A stretch of 64,000 bases of DNA from Candidatus Bathyarchaeota archaeon (GCA_963811105.1 CAWEPZ010000011.1:288001-352000); one strand, 5' to 3'. Counted from the stretch's first letter, positions 1-11,204 are shown. Notes: generated by a model not told the origin, from the letters alone. Made by a program: numbers and translations.

Positions 1-2
1 AT

Positions 3-482
3 GGTGAATCAATTTTATCTACCGCTGGGGCAAGTCCGCCATACGAAGCTACACAGGTAAGAGGACAGCGTTATCTTAGTTTCTATCAGGAACTAGCAGG
101 CAGATTGAAGGAAAAAGTGCCTTCAGCTGTCGCAGAACCAAGACCACTTTGCTATTGCAAGATTCAAAGTGCAATGGGAGGGGTTCATTTTGAATGGCTC
201 TTCGGGGGGAATCCTAGATCAAGACTTGGCGTTGAATTGCATTTTGCGAGCGCACGCGCCGCTAACCTGAAATTAATTAGAGAATTTGAAAAATACAAAG
301 AAGAAATAGAGAAAGTAACAGGAGAAAAAGTGATCTTCCAAGAAAACTGGAAATCACTTTCTTCACGACTGTACCTTGAAAAGAAAGATGGAACCATGAG
401 TGAAGAGTTGAAGATATGGGCTGTAGAAAAGATGGCTTTGCTTTACAGTCTCGTTCAGCCCAAACTTGAAGCTTTGAAATAA
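3..482 (+). CDS. DUF4268-like domain protein, 5'-truncated by window edge
   Basis: Frame is open from base 3 (GESILSTAG...RYLSFYQELAGRLKEK). The GVHFEW/LGVELHF/KEEIEK pattern resembles DUF4268. Confidence 0.5.
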   Translation, partial: GESILSTAGASPPYEATQVRGQRYLSFYQELAGRLKEKVPSAVAEPRPLCYCKIQSAMGGVHFEWLFGGNPRSRLGVELHFASARAANLKLIREFEKYKEEIEKVTGEKVIFQENWKSLSSRLYLEKKDGTMSEELKIWAVEKMALLYSLVQPKLEALK

Positions 483-1150
483 TGGTAATCGAGTGCTATT
501 AACCAAGTTATTTTTGGATTGGGTGGGTTGGATTAAATTTTGATCTTTCTCTCTCACTCTCTCGAACTCAAACGCATATGACTATGTCTACTCTCACCCA
601 CGCACCCGCGTGCCTATTGTCTGTCTCCACATCCGTTAGTCTGCCTGCCTGTCACTCTGTCTTTTAGTCTGTTTCTCTGCCAGCATCACAGAAAGAAAAA
701 ATTTTTCAACGTTAAAGAGAGCCTTTGAATAACTCAAACCCCAAATCCCAAATTAACTTGAAAACGCTATTTTAATTCGCCTATTCTTGTTTCATTTCTT
801 GCCTTTCTGTAAGCATCAATCAGAAACTTTGCAAGTCTATGCTGATCCTCGTCAGAACCTATGCAGGCATAGTTAAGGAAGTTAAGGACTTTTTCTTCTG
901 AGTCATTGCTTTAGATACTAACATAGGTAGAACATGCTTTCTCCAGCTGTGATAAAGCCGCATTGACTTGGACGAGTCTCAAAAAAACTGTTTTGCAATT
1001 TTCAGAATTATATCTTTATTCTCTTCAAGTGAATTTTCAAGTTGACTAAATATTTTCGATTCCAACATATTTTATCTAATCTACTGAACGCTCAATGAAC
1101 CATTTTTCTGAAGAAAGCTTAAGCTTTTCCATCCCTGCAATTTTCTTATC

Positions 1151-1390
1151 TTAATACTTCATTAACTCGCCAGATTGTGCAAAAGAAATCAATGATACTT
1201 TGTCGATTAGAACCGTCTCAGGATTACCTCTTATTTCTTCCGGAATTGATTTTTCGTACTCTCTTAACGAATTACTAATTGAGACAAATTCAGCATCCGC
1301 AATCTCTAAAAGACTAGCGAGAATTTGACCGTCGATGCCTTTGGCTTTGCCATGCCCATCAACTAAGCAGTCCATGTCGCCAAAATTCAA
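1151..1390 (-). CDS. small hypothetical protein
   Basis: 79-aa ORF, no recognised motif. Confidence 0.3.
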   Translation of the reverse strand: MNFGDMDCLVDGHGKAKGIDGQILASLLEIADAEFVSISNSLREYEKSIPEEIRGNPETVLIDKVSLISFAQSGELMKY

Positions 1391-1790
1391 ACCCCGTCTG
1401 CTTCTACTCCCTTAATAATAGTGGTTCGGCTGTTGCCCTTGCCTTCCCACAGATTTTCATCAATTGCCATTCGTTTTCAACTCTCTCAAGAATTCGCACA
1501 TTAAAAACTTTGAAAATCAATGTTCTCAAACTGGATCTACAATTTATCTCTGTCTGACTATGTCCCGACTCAACCATGGATTTAACATTTACCTTTCTTC
1601 GTCATGCATTTCATGAGGGCAAAGCAGTATGATGATAGTAGCTCTTGGCTTTTTACTGAGGAAATGCAAATCTGAAGGTTGACTCAGAGCGTTAGCCGCA
1701 TGTATGGTAAAACTCTCTGAAGTGGACCTTCCAAGTTTGACTCCCCAACGGTCATCCGATCAAATAGCTTTGTCATTTTTCCACTGAACT

Positions 1791-2027
1791 CTATGTTAGA
1801 GAGCAAATCATCAAGTGATCTTTAACATGATCTATTCTTAGTTTATGGCTCGTTATATAATCTTCCAATTGATTGGAGCATGATCCACTAGTTAAAGTTT
1901 CATCAGCTATAACTATGTAGCCGCCTGTTGCAGTATTCCAAATACCCCACTCAAAAAATCCTTTGAATATTTTTGGATGACCTTTTGGGAACTTCTTGGA
2001 GAATTCTATTGCTTCAGAGAAGATCAT
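1791..2027 (-). CDS. small hypothetical protein
   Basis: 78-aa ORF with an AGGAG SD-like site upstream. Confidence 0.5.
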   Translation of the reverse strand: MIFSEAIEFSKKFPKGHPKIFKGFFEWGIWNTATGGYIVIADETLTSGSCSNQLEDYITSHKLRIDHVKDHLMICSLT

Positions 2028-2107
2028 TGGTATTGCTCCTTAACACGTAAAAAAACTACTATTTTAGAAGAGAAAGCTGGAAAACAGTACGACTATGAGT
2101 TTCTATA

Positions 2108-2389
2108 TCAAATTGTTTTCGGGGACTGTTCATTAACCTCGCGAGCATCTGTAAATACATTGAAAAACTTCAGCACAGCAACTCCTCGTTCGGTGACTAA
2201 AGAAATTACATTATCTTCGGGAATGATTCTTTCTTCAGCAAAGCCTTCTTTGATTAAGAAACCCAAGTATTCATGAAGCACATCGCAATCGACATTGGCC
2301 TTACACATTAAATGTGTCAGCTTTAACGGGCCTTCGTTTGCTAGAACCTTTAGTATATCTACGTACATTTCAAGTCTGCTGTGTTCCAT
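2108..2389 (-). CDS. winged-helix DNA-binding protein (archaeal HTH_45/DUF4364-like)
   Basis: SRLEMYVDILKVL..GPLKLTHLMCKANV..LHEYLGFLIKEG..VTERG; clear paralog of 8231..8536. Confidence 0.8.
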   Translation of the reverse strand: MEHSRLEMYVDILKVLANEGPLKLTHLMCKANVDCDVLHEYLGFLIKEGFAEERIIPEDNVISLVTERGVAVLKFFNVFTDAREVNEQSPKTI

Positions 2390-2928
2390 AGTAGTCTCTT
2401 AATATTCCGTAAGAATACTTATAAACTTTTGCATTTTCACCATTGCTTAATTCAAGCAATTCTTCCTTTTATTGACAAAAATACAATTTTTAACATAAAA
2501 TGAATTAAATTGCATGTAATTGAAGGTAATTGTTGTATACCAACAGACATAGAGAAACACTAAAGTTACCATAATTGTAGCTTTTTGTAACCTGGTTAAA
2601 ACATGTTTCTATTTTAAGCTTCTTACTCACCTGTACTGTGAAACTGAAGATGTTGAGCATATTCAAGCTCACGATTTTTAATTCAATAGCCATCTGTCTT
2701 AAATTCGCAAAAACTAAGATTCGGCGTCGCAATCAAATTATTAAAAATGTAAGTGGCGTTTGTTACATTCAGTTCGGACTTTTTTGTTGAATTTGGTTGT
2801 CTTCACAACCTAGAATTTGTGAATTAAAGGCGAAATTTTTTTAAACAGTAATTAGAAAGAATTGTTCTCTTAGGCTAATCGTCGATGATAACTAACGCTT
2901 ATATATTAAGATTTACTCAATTAATTGG

Positions 2929-3717
2929 GTGATTCTCTTGGATTATTTGTCACCGCTAAGATCCGAACTTAAGCTTAAAATTTTGTTAAGCCTCTTAAAT
3001 GGGGATAGAAAAATAGCTGAGCTCAAGTCTGATGTTGAGTCCAGAGATACAACTATTCTTCATATTCTTGAAGAATTTGGTGATCTTAATCTGACGACCA
3101 AGACCCAAGGAATCTACAAACTGACATCACTTGGCATTATTGAGGCAAAAGTTTTTAAGGAATACATTTCAACTGCCGAAGTTATTGAAAAGTTTAAGGA
3201 TTTTTGGTTGAGTCATAATGTGAATGATATACCACCGCATTTTCTTCAAAATATGGGAGCATTAAAAGATTCGCAATTAGTTCGGACTGAAGCATCAGAA
3301 CTGGGCATCGTTCACAAAACATTCATAGAAAATCTAAAAATGGCCAAAAGGATTAGAGGAATTTCTCCTATATTCCATCCCGACTTCATATCATTATTTG
3401 AACAATTACTCAATCAAGGATGTATAATTGAGCTAATAGTCAATAGTGATGTTTTCAACAAGATTGCGGGTTTTGTCGATCTGGAGTCGGCAAAGAAATA
3501 CTTGATAGAAAACAAGTTAAAGATTTTTCTAAAAGACGATTTGAAAATCGCTCTTGCTTTGACTGAACACAGTTTTTCACTTGGCCTTTTTGCTTCGTCC
3601 GGAATGTACGATGATAGTATGGACTTGTTGTCAGAGAGCGCCGAAGCAATCGAATGGGGCGAACAATTTTTCGAAGAAGTTGCTAAAGGCAGCACAAGAA
3701 TTGGGCTAGATTTGTAA
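2929..3717 (+). CDS. wHTH + DUF1724 (FilR1-like) transcriptional regulator
   Basis: N-terminal wHTH (RSELKLKILLSL..YKLTSLG), FWLSH..IP, GISPIFHP, LGLF..G.YD..DL.S...AIEWG motifs. Confidence 0.8.
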   Translation: MILLDYLSPLRSELKLKILLSLLNGDRKIAELKSDVESRDTTILHILEEFGDLNLTTKTQGIYKLTSLGIIEAKVFKEYISTAEVIEKFKDFWLSHNVNDIPPHFLQNMGALKDSQLVRTEASELGIVHKTFIENLKMAKRIRGISPIFHPDFISLFEQLLNQGCIIELIVNSDVFNKIAGFVDLESAKKYLIENKLKIFLKDDLKIALALTEHSFSLGLFASSGMYDDSMDLLSESAEAIEWGEQFFEEVAKGSTRIGLDL

Positions 3718-3897
3718 TCTAAACAACCATACTTACTTACAACCTTGCTTACTTTTTTGAAATTGAATTTTTCTTAGTGTTTTTGGGATTTTCCTGTTGT
3801 TATTGATAACGAGAAAGCACCAATTTTTTAGTATGAATTAGTAATTCATAAGTTTCATTACTTCTCCCGATCCGTATTTGTCAGGAGAGAAGCCTGA

Positions 3898-4812
3898 GTG
3901 AAAGATCAAAACTTTCACATTGAATCCATAAAAATCCAGAATTTGAATCCCGGAAATCTTATTTCAAAAGAAACATATTTCCCAATATTCAAAGTTCTAA
4001 GGTTCATAACTTCTTCTTCGCTACTCTTAGCTTCAAATGGTGTGATGGTTGTTGTCTTTGCGTTCTTTTTGTACAGCTTCCAAATTGTGCCTGGTTTACT
4101 TTTGGCATCGTTTCTTGTTACGTTCGCTGTCTATGGTTTGAACAAGGTAACGGATAAAGCTGAAGATTCAATTAATCGACCTGAAACTTTGCCAAAGGCT
4201 TCAGGTTTTTTTTTGGCTCTCTCGATAGCCTCGATGCTAATTGGTTTCTTTATAGGTATATTCGAAGGAATCTTGGCTTTTCTTGTTCTTTTTGCTCCTG
4301 TGATAATTGGTGTAATTTACAGTGTAAGAATTTCGAAATCAATTCCTCGGCTTAAAGAGATTGTAGGTGTAAAAAGTCTAGTAGTTGCAGTAAGTTGGGC
4401 TTTAACTGGCTGCCTTTTACCTGATTCAATTGGTGCTGCGAAACTCCAAGTAAGCATTATTGTTTTTATCTATATTTTTATTCGCGTGTTCGTTGGCACG
4501 ATCCTTTGCGATGTCTTGGATAAGAAAGGAGATTTGGCTTCCGGAGTAGAAACAATCCCCATAAGACTGGGAAGAAGCAAAACCAAAAAACTCTTGCTAC
4601 TCATAAACAGCTTTGAAGTTCTTTTGTTGATCTATTGCGTAGCAACTGGAATACTAATTCAATTCGTACCGGCGTTATTATTTGGAGTCTTATATGGATA
4701 CTTTGCTATTTGGTTTTTCTTCAAAAACAGCAACAAGAGAGTTACTGCGGGATTAATATTAGATACTGAATGGTTTCCCATGGTGATTATCGTTTGCTTA
4801 CTAATCAGATAA
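3898..4812 (+). CDS. UbiA family prenyltransferase
   Basis: Multi-TM; Asp-rich motifs NKVTDKAEDSINRP and CDVLDKKGDLASGVETIP; YS..PRLKE. Confidence 0.9.
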   Translation: MKDQNFHIESIKIQNLNPGNLISKETYFPIFKVLRFITSSSLLLASNGVMVVVFAFFLYSFQIVPGLLLASFLVTFAVYGLNKVTDKAEDSINRPETLPKASGFFLALSIASMLIGFFIGIFEGILAFLVLFAPVIIGVIYSVRISKSIPRLKEIVGVKSLVVAVSWALTGCLLPDSIGAAKLQVSIIVFIYIFIRVFVGTILCDVLDKKGDLASGVETIPIRLGRSKTKKLLLLINSFEVLLLIYCVATGILIQFVPALLFGVLYGYFAIWFFFKNSNKRVTAGLILDTEWFPMVIIVCLLIR

Positions 4813-5074
4813 CGGATTCAATCATTCACTGCAATTTCCCTTAGAATCGCTGTCATTTCGCTTAACAAAGAGAATGAACTACATTAAATTGTTTTAAAAA
4901 AGAGCCAAATCTATCTCAGAAATGAATGGATTTGACGTCAAGTACCTTTGTTCGCGACAACACTTGCGTTTATCTTCAGGGCTCTCCCTGTCTAGCGCCT
5001 TCTCCTCTTTGAGTGCCAGATTTAATTCGACTCACCTTTTTGGTTCCTTATCCTTCAGATTGGTTTGCTCTACT

Positions 5075-5250
5075 AAAAACCTACGCGATTAGGGCATCTC
5101 GAAGACTTCGATTTCCTCTGACCGTTCAAGATCTTTCGAATTCTATGCATAAATCGCTACATGAATGTCTATCGCATTGCCCATAGTCTCTATATCAGGC
5201 ACAAATACTATTTCCGCTCCGCACTCACATTTAATTATGTCCCGCTGTTG
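5075..5250 (-). pseudogene. degraded paralog of the small Zn-binding protein at 22463..22693
   Basis: Reads IIKCECGAEIVFVPDIETMGNAIDIHVAIYA* then frameshifted DALIA*VF, versus IKCYCGTKIRVVPNIKVMSKAIEDHV..DDLIAQMF. Confidence 0.65.
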
Positions 5251-5742
5251 ATTGGAACGACGCCGTATACTGTACGGGCATAAAAGCTTCCGACCTTTTG
5301 GAAAAACGAAGAATAACTATGGAAAAAATAAGTGAGAAATGCACCATTGACTTTCTTCAACTTATTTTGATTTTCTCAACATATTTTAACTCTTCTTGAC
5401 TTTTTTGACTAAACCTGCAATCAAACACAACCGAAGAACAACCCAAAACACAAAGAAAAAAATTTTTACCAAAAACCCGTCAACAAGGTTAAAACAGCAA
5501 AATTAATTCACCCCCATGGTGAAATGAGAAATCTAGCACCACAGCATCACCAACAAAAAACAAATAGAAAGAACGAAGGAGATTGAATCTATAGAATCAA
5601 TATCAGAGCTACTAACTCCACAACAACTGCTACAGTCAGGATTCTGTTTAATCGCTCTATTCTTTTAACCGTTTGTTCAAGATGGCTATCCATTTCTTTA
5701 CCGCCTCCATTAAGCTATCTTTCTTCTCTTGCCTAGTATAGT

Positions 5743-6006
5743 CTACAGAAAATATATCACCAATAGTGCGACAACGATGGCAGCTCCAAGACCAGCTGCC
5801 GCATAACCTAACTGTTCAGATCGCCTCAACGCTTTTTCTAAACGCGCAGACATATCGTTGCTGCTGACGGTGCTAGGCCAAACAGAGGCAGAGTTCATTG
5901 TTGTTTGGGAGTTTAACATGGCTCCGCAGTTCCCACAGCTAACTGCCCCCTTTATAGCCATTGCATGGCATTGTGGACAAGTTGACATTTCAATTCTTCT
6001 CTCCAT
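5743..6006 (-). CDS. zinc-ribbon membrane protein
   Basis: CPQC..CGNCG plus C-terminal TM helix. Confidence 0.7.
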   Translation of the reverse strand: MERRIEMSTCPQCHAMAIKGAVSCGNCGAMLNSQTTMNSASVWPSTVSSNDMSARLEKALRRSEQLGYAAAGLGAAIVVALLVIYFL

Positions 6007-6191
6007 AATATGCAGAGAACGAACAGAAATTATCTATAAAAACTTTCTACCATCAAACAAACCTCTCCAATTTCCATTTAGGCGACCGAAAAACCTCCAT
6101 GCTATAGTTTTTGAGTTTTACACAAAGGATAAATCGTTAATCAAACAAGTCCTCAACCATTAGATCCGCTGCAATCATATGGAGAAAACCA

Positions 6192-7142
6192 ATGAAGCTA
6201 CTGCTAACCAAAAAAACGGCAATCACCCTAGTTATCATCCTAGCAGTTCTGCTGAACCTGAGTATTCTTCTGATAGCTTATCCTGAAACGTTTAAACCCC
6301 AATCGGCCACACTTGCACGAGATTTCTCAGCATACTACACTGGAGAATGGCGATTATTCCACAATCCAACCAAAATTTACTCCGACGCCGTTCAGGCGGG
6401 CGATTATCAGATTCTTCCAACGCCACAGCCATTCAAGTACACGCCATCTTTTCTGATACTTTTTGCACCTTTCCTAACACTAAACTATCAGAACGCGCTA
6501 AACTCCTTCGACATAATACAATTTCTCTCAATGATACCATTAGCCTTCTTTGTCTACAAACTTGTCAAAGACAAGAACCTCTTTCTCGCCGTCACAGTGG
6601 CAATTATTATTATAGTTGACCCAATACTTTACGCACCTTCAATAGGCTACAGTACCACTCAATTTCTCCACACTCGCATGTTAAGCTTGCATTACCAGAC
6701 ATTGTCACCAAGCTACTACTGCGGATACGTTTTAGCAAATGCCCACATCCTACAAACAACTATTCTAGTAGGCGCCCTCTATTTTGGATTCGCCAAAAAA
6801 CCATGGCTCTCAGCACTATTTTTCGCCTTTGGAGTGTTCGACCCACGAAGCGCACTTTTCGCATTGCCTTTGCTTCTGTGGTACAATCGGCACACGATCT
6901 GGAAATTCATTGCGGGTTCAGCAGGGTTTCTTGCAGCAACTAATCTCCCATTCTTCTTTTATTATGGGATAGGCTTTACTTTTTTGCAGACAGAAACTCA
7001 TGTCTCAGTTGTCTCACAAATGTATCTGTACGATTGGATTCCGCTTTATGCAATCGCCGCAATAGCTATCGCGGAAATAGTAACGGGGTTGTTGAATCGT
7101 AACATTCGTTTTAATTTTTCGAGGCTTAAATTGAGAAATTAA
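6192..7142 (+). CDS. GT-C membrane glycosyltransferase (GT87/DUF2029-like)
   Basis: RDFSAYY and FKYTP..LF.PF motifs, multiple TM helices. Confidence 0.7.
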   Translation: MKLLLTKKTAITLVIILAVLLNLSILLIAYPETFKPQSATLARDFSAYYTGEWRLFHNPTKIYSDAVQAGDYQILPTPQPFKYTPSFLILFAPFLTLNYQNALNSFDIIQFLSMIPLAFFVYKLVKDKNLFLAVTVAIIIIVDPILYAPSIGYSTTQFLHTRMLSLHYQTLSPSYYCGYVLANAHILQTTILVGALYFGFAKKPWLSALFFAFGVFDPRSALFALPLLLWYNRHTIWKFIAGSAGFLAATNLPFFFYYGIGFTFLQTETHVSVVSQMYLYDWIPLYAIAAIAIAEIVTGLLNRNIRFNFSRLKLRN

Positions 7143-7379
7143 GAAAATTAATAGTTTGAGTCATCGAGGTTGCAGATAACTACGATTGTAGACAAAATAC
7201 CGATAAGCAAGTAAAATGGTTATATTCTAATATTAGAATGTATTTAATGGTTGGTTTTGTGAAAGTCGCTATCAATAAAACATCATCACTAACGATCGTT
7301 TCAAAACTGTTTCACGAGTTCACGACTGTTTCAGCCAACTATCATATCAATCGAATATCATAATATCAACAAATGCGAA

Positions 7380-7830
7380 ATGAACGAAAAACTGGAAAAT
7401 AATAACAATCGTTGGCATTGCGGTGGTTTTAGCTGCATTGTTAACCACAACAGTATTCGCCCTGGGGATGATGGGAGGCCCATACGGCGGCTATGGCGGA
7501 ATGATGGGAGGAGGCTACGGATCCGGCTATGGATACAACAGCCCACTATACACAACAGGACCTATCGCTAAACACCTTCAACGCAATATTACCAGGCTGT
7601 TTACCCCTTCATGTTTGGAGGCGGAATGATGGGCAGATTAGGAAATGGCTACGGCTTTGGCGGAATGATGCGAAGTTACGGATACACGCACCCTACACAT
7701 ACAACGGAACGCCATTAGGCGTTAACACCGCAACAACAATAGCCAAAAACTAAGTAGCATCAATCGGCAATTCCGACTTGGCCGTTAAGCAAATTGAAGA
7801 ATACTCCGCAAACTTCTATGTACAAGTTAG
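7380..7830 (+). pseudogene. frameshifted Gly/Met-rich (GMMGG) secreted protein
   Basis: Signal peptide, GGMMGGGYG repeats and AKN*VASIGNSDLAVKQIEEYSANFYVQV lie in different frames, with an internal TAA. Confidence 0.6.
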
Positions 7831-7903
7831 TTTTGTCCCAATGCCGAATTTTACTATAAATTTGAAATTCATGTTCTTAGCTAACAATAAGACTGGTGCC
7901 TCA

Positions 7904-8019
7904 AAACCAACCACTTAACAGTACACAACTAAGTATAGTCATATTGCTAACGAGGGAAAAGAAACCAACCACTTAACAGTGCACAACTAAGTATAGTCAT
8001 ATTGCTAATGAAGGACAAG
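7904..8019. repeat. tandem direct repeat, 2 x 58 bp
   Basis: AAACCAACCACTTAACAGT(A/G)CACAACTAAGTATAGTCATATTGCTAA... at 7904 and 7962, about 4 mismatches. Confidence 0.95.
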
Positions 8020-8230
8020 AAAATCATTTTGCAACAGCATTGCTTTTCATTTGAAATATTTGTTATTGAATACTATAATCATCTAATGCATATTGTTCTA
8101 TAATAATTATTATTTAATTCATAATCTTTATAAGCCCGATCACCAGGATGATGCTCGGAGAAGAACCGTGCTAACGCCAGAAATATTAGAGCGTGTTAAT
8201 AGAAGTGCGCTTCAAAAAAAAAGACAATGT

Positions 8231-8536
8231 ATGAGAAGATCTAAACTGGAAACGTATATAGATATTCTGAAGGTCCTGGTTCACTGGGGTCCCTTAAAGC
8301 TAACACACGTCATGTACAAAGCTAACCTTAACTGCAGCGTGCTGGAGGAGTACCTTGACCTATTGATTAAGCAGGGATTAGTTGAGATGAAAATCATTAG
8401 TAAAGAAAGAAAAATATACGCGATCACCCAACGCGGCATTACAGTTCTCAAGCAATTCAGAGAACTCACAGAAGTACTTCCCATAATCGAAGAAACAGGA
8501 AACGAAGCAAAATACCGAAAACCCTATCTGTTCTAA
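8231..8536 (+). CDS. winged-helix DNA-binding protein (HTH_45/DUF4364-like)
   Basis: MRRSKLETYIDILKVL..GPLKLTHVMYKANLN; start placed at ATG 8231 by comparison with the 2108..2389 paralog. Confidence 0.85.
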   Translation: MRRSKLETYIDILKVLVHWGPLKLTHVMYKANLNCSVLEEYLDLLIKQGLVEMKIISKERKIYAITQRGITVLKQFRELTEVLPIIEETGNEAKYRKPYLF

Positions 8537-8734
8537 AATGCGAAGATGGACCTTCTTGAAAACAAGAAAGAAAATGGATTCATCGATGGAAATTATCAGC
8601 CACGGGTTTTCCTGCGCCGTAGAATTAGCTAGAGAACTAGCACTGCGGGTTTTACACGTTGAGAACAACCCTTCATCGCGGGAGATTCCAAAGTTAATAG
8701 CAACGATAATAGGCAAGCAAATTGAGTTGGAAAA

Positions 8735-9709
8735 ATGAGCATAACCCAAATAGGCATAACCAAAGAACCAGCAAAAACCCATAATCGCTTAGTTGACAAG
8801 TGTCCTGAATGTTCAAGCAATAATCTCGTTCACGACTACGACACAGGCGAATCCATCTGCGGAGACTGCGGCCTTGTCTTATACGAGCAAATGCTAGACA
8901 AAGGCCCAGAATGGCGCGCTTTCACCCAAGAAGAGCACACATCAAAAAGCCGCGTCGGCATGCCAACATCCTACTCAATTCACGACAAAGGATTATCCAC
9001 AACCATCAGCCAAGTCGACAGAGACGCCTTCGGAAGAAAACTACCCCTATCCACAAGACTACAAATGTGGCGCCTAAGAAAATGGCAAATACGAAGCCGA
9101 GTACACTCATCCAGCGACCGAAACCTCGCACAAGCCATGGCAGAACTTGAACGCTTATCCAGCAAAGTAAACATTTCCCCACCAATAAAAGAAAAAGCCG
9201 CAGTAATATACCGCAAAGCATTAGACAAAGCCCTAGTCCGCGGAAGATCAATCAACTCCATCGCCGCCGCAGCACTATACGCTGCTTGCCGCAAAAGCGG
9301 ATCACCCAGAAGCCTTCGCGAAATCGCCAACGCAAGCCTAGTAGATAAAAAAGACGTTGCAAGATGCTATCGAATGCTGCTGCAAGAACTCAATTTTCAA
9401 ATGCCAATCTCTGACCCGCTAACGTATGTTTCAAAAATTGCAGAAAAAACAGCAACTTCAGGCAAAACACAGGGCGCTGCAATCGCAATACTAAGAGAGA
9501 CAAAACGTAAACGAGTTGGAGCAGGAAAAGACCCAATGGGCATGGCAGCAGCCGCACTCTACATAGCTTGTCTACAGAACAACGAAAAAATAACACAAAG
9601 AGACCTCGCAGACGCAGCCGGAGTCACAGAAGTCACAGTAAGAAACAGATACAAAGCACTAAAGAAACAGTTAAACCTTGAAATATCCGAGCAAAAAGTT
9701 TGTTTTTAG
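8735..9709 (+). CDS. tfb: transcription initiation factor IIB
   Basis: Zn ribbon CPEC..CGDCG, B-reader GPEWRAF, two cyclin repeats (RGRS, GKDPMG, GVTEVTVRNRYK). Confidence 0.98.
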   Translation: MSITQIGITKEPAKTHNRLVDKCPECSSNNLVHDYDTGESICGDCGLVLYEQMLDKGPEWRAFTQEEHTSKSRVGMPTSYSIHDKGLSTTISQVDRDAFGRKLPLSTRLQMWRLRKWQIRSRVHSSSDRNLAQAMAELERLSSKVNISPPIKEKAAVIYRKALDKALVRGRSINSIAAAALYAACRKSGSPRSLREIANASLVDKKDVARCYRMLLQELNFQMPISDPLTYVSKIAEKTATSGKTQGAAIAILRETKRKRVGAGKDPMGMAAAALYIACLQNNEKITQRDLADAAGVTEVTVRNRYKALKKQLNLEISEQKVCF

Positions 9710-10189
9710 TTTCATTTTTCTATGTTTCTTCAGGCTTTTCAGTAGAAACAGCTCTTAAGTATTCGCCCCTCTGTGGCGTTGGGACAAAAGTCTTCTGGTC
9801 TAATTCTTCAGAAACTGATGAATTAAGCGGTATGTGACATGGGAGATATACCTTTTGAAATCTAGAATCGTGCGATAAAGCACTATGAAAAGATTATAGC
9901 TAGCATAGTGCAAAGCGTTCTCCATGAAACTCATGGCTAGAAGCCGCAGTCGCGGCAGCGATTGTCACGATTGCTTTGTGGAAGAAAAATAAGAGCTAAT
10001 TACTTTTATTTTGTAAATTTCTTTTTTATGAATGCCCTTAGAACCTTATTCTATAGAGTAACTATACCAAACTAAAGAATTCATGAAAAACTTTCCCCTC
10101 AAAATAGAAGGCCCCAAACGCTGCTTTCTTCTTCATATTGCTTAACTGAAATTTCTTAATATAGAATGGGGGAATAGGAACCCCAACAC

Positions 10190-10387
10190 TTAGAGCAAGG
10201 GCAAGCCGCCATTTTCATGATGAACATTATATGCGGTTTGCAATAAACGATTTACTCGGCAAAGCTCAGGATAGATTTTTTTGTATTCTTCCGATGAATA
10301 GTAAGCTATTTCACTCGGGTAAGCTTTTGCTTGACGAGTTATGTATCTTAATGCTTCGTTTATGTTTTTGAATTCCATGATTTTCAT
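10190..10387 (-). CDS. small hypothetical protein
   Basis: 65-aa ORF just downstream of the 32-aa ORF. Confidence 0.4.
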   Translation of the reverse strand: MKIMEFKNINEALRYITRQAKAYPSEIAYYSSEEYKKIYPELCRVNRLLQTAYNVHHENGGLPLL

Positions 10388-10422
10388 CTCATTAATCCAA
10401 GGATGCGAACTTTCTTCTCGTG

Positions 10423-10521
10423 TTACACTTTGATTTTGAGTTCTGTTCTGATGTTGTATACTACAACTGCGATTGAAGCAAAGATTACAGCTATTGAAGC
10501 CAAATCCAATATTCCAAACAT
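10423..10521 (-). CDS. 32-aa single-TM small protein (not in ORF track)
   Basis: MFGILDLASIAVIFASIAVVVYNIRTELKIKV, preceded by a GGTGA SD and an upstream TTTATAT box. Confidence 0.55.
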   Translation of the reverse strand: MFGILDLASIAVIFASIAVVVYNIRTELKIKV

Positions 10522-10770
10522 ATTTTCACCATTTTAATTATTACTTAGTTAATTGCCCAGTTAAATATAAATGCAGTTGTGAATTGTTCATAATTTTTCA
10601 TATAACATTGACACGCGTCTAAAAAGACAGAAAATTTTTCATGAATTAGCATTTAAGCAATTTTCAGAGATACAACTGAGAACTATTTTGAACATATCCA
10701 CGTTAGAAGAAAAAACTGTTTAGGGTTTATTTTCACGGTATTATTTTTAGCTTAGAAAAATAGCGAGCAA

Positions 10771-10819
10771 AAGAGGGATGTATTCCCTCTTAGCTGGGAG
10801 GAAAACATCCTCCGTTTTT
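10771..10819 (+). terminator. twin hairpins followed by a T-run (terminator or structured RNA)
   Basis: AAGAGGGA-tgtat-TCCCTCTT and GGAGGA-aaaca-TCCTCC-gttttt. Confidence 0.4.
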
Positions 10820-11204
10820 AGTTAGGAGCTCTCCTTTCTCCTCAAAAAAACAAGTCACTTCAACGCATAAAAGGCATATTTCGATTTCAAGAATATATTT
10901 ATAGACTTCGCTCAAAGGTAAGTTGACAACAAGGACTCAATGTTAAACTGTTCACTACGATTGGTCTAAAAACCAAAAATGCTTCCCCTCCTCTTGTAAA
11001 TGATATTCTTCTTAAGCTTAGCTTCCCAATAGTTTTAGTTATGCCCTATGATTTTTCTTTTGACATTTCCAAGGCTTCGTAACGCTTTTTTCATAGAACT
11101 CGCCAGTATTGCCAACCAAATGGGCATGCAAAAGGTTTTTTCAAAAACCTTGAAGGTACTAATCAAGGAATAGAAAAAAACAAACCCCAACAATCCCAAA
11201 AGAC

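Noticed and set aside
7904-8019. Possible CRISPR array
   Set aside because: Only two contiguous units with no unique spacers, and no cas genes in the window.
8093-8230. N-terminal extension of the wHTH ORF
   Set aside because: Overlaps AT-rich promoter-like sequence; the paralog begins at the MRRS-equivalent position.
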